Shown: positions 35,475 to 40,535 of the stretch, one piece after another
Layout: the number at the start of each line of letters is the position of its first letter
How positions within the stretch are numbered: the stretch's first letter is position 1
NCBI GenBank assembly: GCA_021399395.1
Contig: JAAFKJ010000147.1
Coordinates: 1-40,535 of the forward strand
Reading direction: 5' to 3'
Length of the DNA: 40,535 nt
Origin: Candidatus Heimdallarchaeota archaeon
Lineage (GTDB): Archaea > Asgardarchaeota > Heimdallarchaeia > Heimdallarchaeales > Heimdallarchaeaceae
The notes under the pieces: model-generated
What the model saw: the letters and a program-made list of their open reading frames with translations, nothing else
What the model was told of the DNA's origin: nothing
The model's database searches: none
Translations under genes and position numbers: made by a program

Positions 35475-37028
35475 ATGGCAGATCCTGTTAGAATCATTCA
35501 TTTCAGTGATACTCACATTACGCCTAGACAACAGTTCATTAGACCAAATTTTGATGCAGCTGTAAATGTGATAAATAGCACTCCTCATGATTTCTCTATC
35601 TTTGCTGGAGATTTAACTCAAGATGGTTTAATTGAAGAGTTCACCTTGGCTGATGAACTAAGACGAAAAATTGATTCTCCAAAAACATACTGGATTATAG
35701 GAAATCACGACAGTAGAAGTGGTGGATTTGAAGTTTGGGAGAATAAAATTGGCCCAAGAGAATTTCATGAGTTTTCAGATGATGTTCTTTTTATTGGTTT
35801 AGATTCATGTATCCCAGATCAAGATGGTGGAAGGTTTGGACGAGAAGCATTAGATTATACTAAGAAGATTTTGATGAAATACGGTGATGCTAGAATTAAG
35901 ATTGTTGGTTTTCATCATCATATTTTGCCTATCCCAAAAACTGGTAGAGAAAGATCTAATGCTATTGATGCTGGAGATATGCTTTCTGTACTTTTGGATC
36001 ATAATGTTGATGCTGTTTTCACAGGACACAAACATCATCCCAATGTTTACAAGGTTGAGGATACAATTATAGTTTCAGCAGGAAGTGTTTCAAGTTATAA
36101 GACAAGAAGCGGTGGCCCTCGCTCTTTGAATTATGTAGAGATAACACCTGAAAAAGAAGTGAAAACCAAAATAATGGAAACAAATGGAACACTAATTAGG
36201 AATGAAGTTAAAACAATCACCAGAAGATTCCGGATGGTTGATTCTGCAGGAGGGAAGTGGTTAAGATTAGCTCAAATCTCAGGTACAGATTTTGGTACTT
36301 CATTTGATGGTCATTCAGAGTTATTTACTAAAGGTATGGACTTAATCGATTCAACTAATCCTGATTTAATACTCCATTGTGGAAATTTGACCTCCAAAGG
36401 GAGAACTTCAGATTATGAGCTCGCTGTTGAAAATTTTGTAAATTATTCTGATAAATTGGTATTCTGTCCAGGTCCTAATGACCTTAAAGGTTTTGGAGAA
36501 ACTCTTTCTCACAAACATTTTGATACAGAAAGTATTTTTGAGAAGAATAAATCATGCTTCTATATCTTGAATACATCTGTTCCTGAAACAGAAATAGGGG
36601 TTGTTGGTAGAACTGTTCAAAACAGATTGGAAAGATATGTCTATCATACTCGACAAGAAACCTTAGATAAATTTCACACTGTTGTTATGCATCATCATCT
36701 TATACCCATCCCAGGTACTAGAGAAACTTCAGCTCTAGAAGATGCTGGGGATGTTCTAAGATTACTTACAAACACAGGCGTAAATTTAGTTCTCTCTGGA
36801 CACTTAGGAAAAGCTTTCTGTACAAGAGTTGAAAGAACTGCATTTGTAAACTGCAACACATTAGCATCTCAAAATACTTCTTCATTTGAAAATAGTTTCA
36901 ATCTAATCGATATCTCAGCAGATGGTGCAATAGTTGTTTCAGAGATAAACGTTCCATCGGGCTTCAGAAGAATATTGGGGATATTTCCAGGAATTCTACC
37001 CGACAAAAATAAAATGGGTTCTGTTTAG
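35475..37028 (+). CDS. Tandem CpdA/Icc-like metallophosphoesterase (second domain degenerate)
   Basis: Domain 1: SDTH, GDLT, GNHD, HHH, GHKH. Domain 2: SGTD, GNLT, GPND, HHH, GHLG. Confidence 0.88.
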   Translation: MADPVRIIHFSDTHITPRQQFIRPNFDAAVNVINSTPHDFSIFAGDLTQDGLIEEFTLADELRRKIDSPKTYWIIGNHDSRSGGFEVWENKIGPREFHEFSDDVLFIGLDSCIPDQDGGRFGREALDYTKKILMKYGDARIKIVGFHHHILPIPKTGRERSNAIDAGDMLSVLLDHNVDAVFTGHKHHPNVYKVEDTIIVSAGSVSSYKTRSGGPRSLNYVEITPEKEVKTKIMETNGTLIRNEVKTITRRFRMVDSAGGKWLRLAQISGTDFGTSFDGHSELFTKGMDLIDSTNPDLILHCGNLTSKGRTSDYELAVENFVNYSDKLVFCPGPNDLKGFGETLSHKHFDTESIFEKNKSCFYILNTSVPETEIGVVGRTVQNRLERYVYHTRQETLDKFHTVVMHHHLIPIPGTRETSALEDAGDVLRLLTNTGVNLVLSGHLGKAFCTRVERTAFVNCNTLASQNTSSFENSFNLIDISADGAIVVSEINVPSGFRRILGIFPGILPDKNKMGSV

Positions 37029-37046
37029 TTTTCAAGAATCCTCCAG

Positions 37047-37076
37047 CCTTTGTCGAAGGATTTTTTAAAGTTAGAT
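37047..37076 (+). terminator. Possible hairpin + T-run after the metallophosphoesterase gene (approximate coordinates)
   Basis: AATCCTCC...GAAGGATT imperfect stem followed by a T-tract, shortly after the stop codon. Confidence 0.25.
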
Positions 37077-37090
37077 GAAAGTATAGAATA

Positions 37091-40000
37091 ATGAAGCTTC
37101 CTAGTAATATATGTAAACGCAAAAAGTTTACTGTATACATCTTATCTTTTTATATTTTGATTTCAGTAATGTTCGCACCAATTCCACAGATATATGCTTC
37201 TTCTGGTCAAATTAATGATTATTCTAACAAATATGGAGATTCATTTATTCCGGACAATCTTGAATATAGAACAGATCCTATTTCTTTAGACGAGGGAATT
37301 AAAACTGACATTAGACCTGAGGAAATTGGTTCACCATATGTACCTATTTCATCTTCATCAGGTACTGGAGATAATTTCAATATAGATGATGAACTTATTT
37401 ATTCAGATTCACAATCGCTCAATTTACAGTATAATTTGAATTATCCTGATGATCCAGATTTTGTAGGAGATTCCTATTCAATCACTGATTTAGGTTATAC
37501 TGATGATTATTTACAATATGATATAACAAGCATGCAAGCAACTACAGACTATTATGCGTTAGAAGCTAACGTAGATCAATCTCAATATGTTGAAATAAGA
37601 GACGATTTAGTAGTTGTTTATGCTCAAGGATTTGAAGTCAAATGGGATTATGCTAATTTTACAAAAGCAAAGATTTACCTATGGGGTTTTCCTGGTATTT
37701 CAGCTGATAGAGTTGAATTAACATTAGTATCAGACGATGGAACAGGAAAACCAAATCAAACTGATATCCTAGCATCAATGGGTCCTTATGAACCACGTCT
37801 GTTACCTGTTTCTACATGGCCAGAAATGCCTGTTTTTGATTTTGCAGATTTAACTTTAACAAAAGGCACTTACTACATCGTTGCAAATTTAACCGCATCA
37901 GGAGGACCTACAGCACCTCATGCTTGGTGGTATTATAATGGAACTCACAATGATGGATTGGCATTCAGAAGTTTCACTAATGGTCCAACTTTGAGCTGGG
38001 CTACATTTAGCTATAATTTAGCTTTATCTGTAGAACTACTCCCAGTAAATTCCACGTATCATGCTCTTGAATTTAGTAGTCCTGATCAAATTGCTTTAAC
38101 TGATAATTCTGTATCGATTTCAACTAATAATGCTGTATTCTCAGGACCTTTTACAGGAGACCATCTACTAGAAGCAAATACATCTGTTGATATTAATTTT
38201 TCAACAAATTATGCTTATCATGCTACATATGTAGCTTCTTCCGTATATGGAATAACTAACTCAACTTTCGACCAAATGACAATTGATTGGAATATAACGT
38301 GGTCTACACTTGCAGCTTCTACAACGTATACACTAGTTGATAGAAATATGACGGTTAACATACCACAGGATTGGTCTGGTACTTTTAATTGGTATTATAA
38401 TACAACAACACCATTTACTTTCGAGAAACTAATTGATTACTATATAATTTATCTAGGAAACAGTTCTAATGCTGGCGAATGGTGGATAGAAACTACGAGT
38501 CCAAACCATCTATATTCAGCTACGTTTACAGATGGTATTTCTGAAACTGAACGTTTTTACCTTGGATATTGGACAACGGATACAATAAATGCTTATGGGA
38601 ATACTGGTTCTTCAGTATACGTAGAAGCGATTGTGAAATATGATGTAGGAATTCTAACTAACGATACAACAGGATTCCTGAATTATACTATTTATGATCC
38701 TGATGGAAATATTGTTTCATTAAAAACATCATTGGATGCAAATTTATCTTATGTGGATGTATCCTTCTATACTCTGGGAGGAATAGCAAATGTGGCGGGT
38801 GGATATTTCAATGAAGTGATTACATTTGATCCTTCTGTCTATGGCACAGATAAAGCAGGATTTTGGACTGCAGCAGTTATGTGGAACAATGGAACAGAGG
38901 TTGGATATTATTCTCAAAGAATAGTTGTTCAAACGCAGACTGATAGGGAAATTGAGTGGGAAATAACCCCAAACAGTGATACATGGACAACTGCTGATAT
39001 TACTAGAGAAGGATTAGATTCGTTTATTATACAAGGTTATTATTATAACATTAGTGAACCATTCTTTACAACTGGAAAGTCAATTCCAGATGCTCAAGTT
39101 TCTTATATTGTTTCTAACGCAACTTGGAACAACAATGGTAATCTTGATGATTATGCTCCATTTTATAACACTTCAGTATTAGTAGATTTCAGTGTCGGAA
39201 CATATACGGTCGACATTCAATTAACTGGTGCATTTTTAGAAGATCAATCAGTTTCATTTGATTTAACAATATTTTATGAATTATCATTAAACCCTCAATT
39301 TAGCTCAACATCTACAAACTATACGGATAACGCAATTTTCTATATAGCGTTACATGATGTTACTGGTGATGTAAATCTAAATTACTATACTGATTTGAAT
39401 GTAACTCTTTATGATGGAACTTCTTACTACTTAACATCTCCAGCTGATTATACTTTCACATATGATGGTGCTCCAAAAGAGTGGATTTTAGATATTAGTA
39501 CTACGTCTAGAAGTTTAGATGTTGGTTTCTACGATGTTTATATTGAGGTTTTAATCAATGACTATCAAGCTAATTATTCCAGTGTATATGTATCTGATGT
39601 ATATTCTTTCGAAATAACTGCTCCAAAAACAGAAATTCAAATTGACATAGCTCCTGCAACAATATATGTTTATCACGATGCTACATTTGAGTTTAGATTT
39701 GTAGATACCAATCATTCTTTGGATCTAGCAGGTGCAGTGGTGACTCCCTCAGCAAATGTTTCAGGTATCGATTTAGTTGTAAATCCTGTTGGGAATTCAT
39801 ATCGAATAGTAGTTACTAATGATAATGATACTACAAATGCCATTAAAATCTCTATAACAGTAACATTGGCAAATTATGCGACTATAACAGATTTTGAACT
39901 AGGGAATCTGGAAGTTCTAATTATCAATACAGAACTTGTTGAAAATGTTGTCTTTACACCTGCTGTTTCTTATGTTGGATATGAAACAATGGTGGTGGTT

Positions 40001-40535
40001 CAGTTTAATGATCTTACTCATTTGGAACTCATATATGGGGCAGAATTCAAAACCTTCTCCTATAATACTACCAGCTGCACCTTTGTTAGTTTAGTAGAGT
40101 GGACTGGAGGAAGATACAATTTCACATTCATTAACAAAGATGTAACCGTAAATGGTGTAGAAATAACTATTACACTTGGCAAAAACGGTTACGCAGACGC
40201 TTCAGTTATAATTGAAATAGCGGTAATATCGAAAGCCACAGATGCTGATTTTGATACAGGTTATTCCTCAGACATAGAAATCTACTATGAACAAGGGGTA
40301 ACTGTTGGAATATTATATTGGGATACAACTCTAATGGAGTATATAGCACAACCAGATACAGTTCAAGTTGTGGGAAACATCTCTGTTACTTCTGGTTATT
40401 CTAATGTTAGCGATACTATCATTATCAATATTGATCCATTAGGTACTCTAGGTGTATTCTATCTGAATATCACGGTTATGGAGCCAGGTTATGCTCCCCA
40501 AATGCTTCAAATCTTTATTACAGTAAATGAACGAA
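37091..40535 (+). CDS. Very large secreted/cell-surface glycoprotein with Ig-like repeats (partial, >1148 aa)
   Basis: Not in ORF track. MKLPSNICKRKKFTVYILSFYILISVMFAPIPQIYA signal peptide; the same frame reads ...MLQIFITVNER at the edge. T/D/N/Y-rich with many NxS/T sequons and G.Y strand repeats. Confidence 0.88.
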   Translation, partial: MKLPSNICKRKKFTVYILSFYILISVMFAPIPQIYASSGQINDYSNKYGDSFIPDNLEYRTDPISLDEGIKTDIRPEEIGSPYVPISSSSGTGDNFNIDDELIYSDSQSLNLQYNLNYPDDPDFVGDSYSITDLGYTDDYLQYDITSMQATTDYYALEANVDQSQYVEIRDDLVVVYAQGFEVKWDYANFTKAKIYLWGFPGISADRVELTLVSDDGTGKPNQTDILASMGPYEPRLLPVSTWPEMPVFDFADLTLTKGTYYIVANLTASGGPTAPHAWWYYNGTHNDGLAFRSFTNGPTLSWATFSYNLALSVELLPVNSTYHALEFSSPDQIALTDNSVSISTNNAVFSGPFTGDHLLEANTSVDINFSTNYAYHATYVASSVYGITNSTFDQMTIDWNITWSTLAASTTYTLVDRNMTVNIPQDWSGTFNWYYNTTTPFTFEKLIDYYIIYLGNSSNAGEWWIETTSPNHLYSATFTDGISETERFYLGYWTTDTINAYGNTGSSVYVEAIVKYDVGILTNDTTGFLNYTIYDPDGNIVSLKTSLDANLSYVDVSFYTLGGIANVAGGYFNEVITFDPSVYGTDKAGFWTAAVMWNNGTEVGYYSQRIVVQTQTDREIEWEITPNSDTWTTADITREGLDSFIIQGYYYNISEPFFTTGKSIPDAQVSYIVSNATWNNNGNLDDYAPFYNTSVLVDFSVGTYTVDIQLTGAFLEDQSVSFDLTIFYELSLNPQFSSTSTNYTDNAIFYIALHDVTGDVNLNYYTDLNVTLYDGTSYYLTSPADYTFTYDGAPKEWILDISTTSRSLDVGFYDVYIEVLINDYQANYSSVYVSDVYSFEITAPKTEIQIDIAPATIYVYHDATFEFRFVDTNHSLDLAGAVVTPSANVSGIDLVVNPVGNSYRIVVTNDNDTTNAIKISITVTLANYATITDFELGNLEVLIINTELVENVVFTPAVSYVGYETMVVVQFNDLTHLELIYGAEFKTFSYNTTSCTFVSLVEWTGGRYNFTFINKDVTVNGVEITITLGKNGYADASVIIEIAVISKATDADFDTGYSSDIEIYYEQGVTVGILYWDTTLMEYIAQPDTVQVVGNISVTSGYSNVSDTIIINIDPLGTLGVFYLNITVMEPGYAPQMLQIFITVNER

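Noticed and set aside
1165-38932. Remaining short (60-82 aa) track ORFs nested in longer genes, e.g. 2216, 2407, 3031, 7293, 7333, 7397, 9643, 10794, 12476, 17213, 17946, 22129, 24563, 25450, 29514, 31206, 32131, 33961, 34456, 35850, 35884, 38744, plus 35111 (93 aa)
   Set aside because: Each overlaps a better-supported CDS and shows no motif.

Overview
Low-GC archaeal chromosomal segment, most likely an Asgard archaeon. This is an inference from an Rpb5-like Rpo5, an Arf/Rag-like GTPase fusion, longin-domain proteins, a TPR-longin protein, archaeal intron-containing tRNAs and a large sequon-rich surface protein. It carries about 35 CDS; three are absent from the ORF track: a partial rpo5 at the left edge, a 54-aa Zn-ribbon and a >1148-aa surface protein at the right edge. 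RNA genes are tRNA-Arg(CCT) and tRNA-Thr(CGT) with introns, tRNA-Arg(GCG), and the RNase P RNA. No CRISPR array or mobile element was seen. Most notable: (1) a single-pass membrane protein coupling an extracellular beta-rich region to a cytoplasmic Regnase/Zc3h12a-type NYN RNase, within a co-oriented run with a proteasome beta-alpha pair and a membrane M48 protease; (2) an apparent bacillithiol pathway (bshA, bshC, bshB-like); (3) Rpo5 with a eukaryote-like N-terminal domain and a histone-H1-like repeat tail; (4) an intergenic element with two interleaved perfect inverted repeats. All family calls come from motif recognition by eye, not from database searches.
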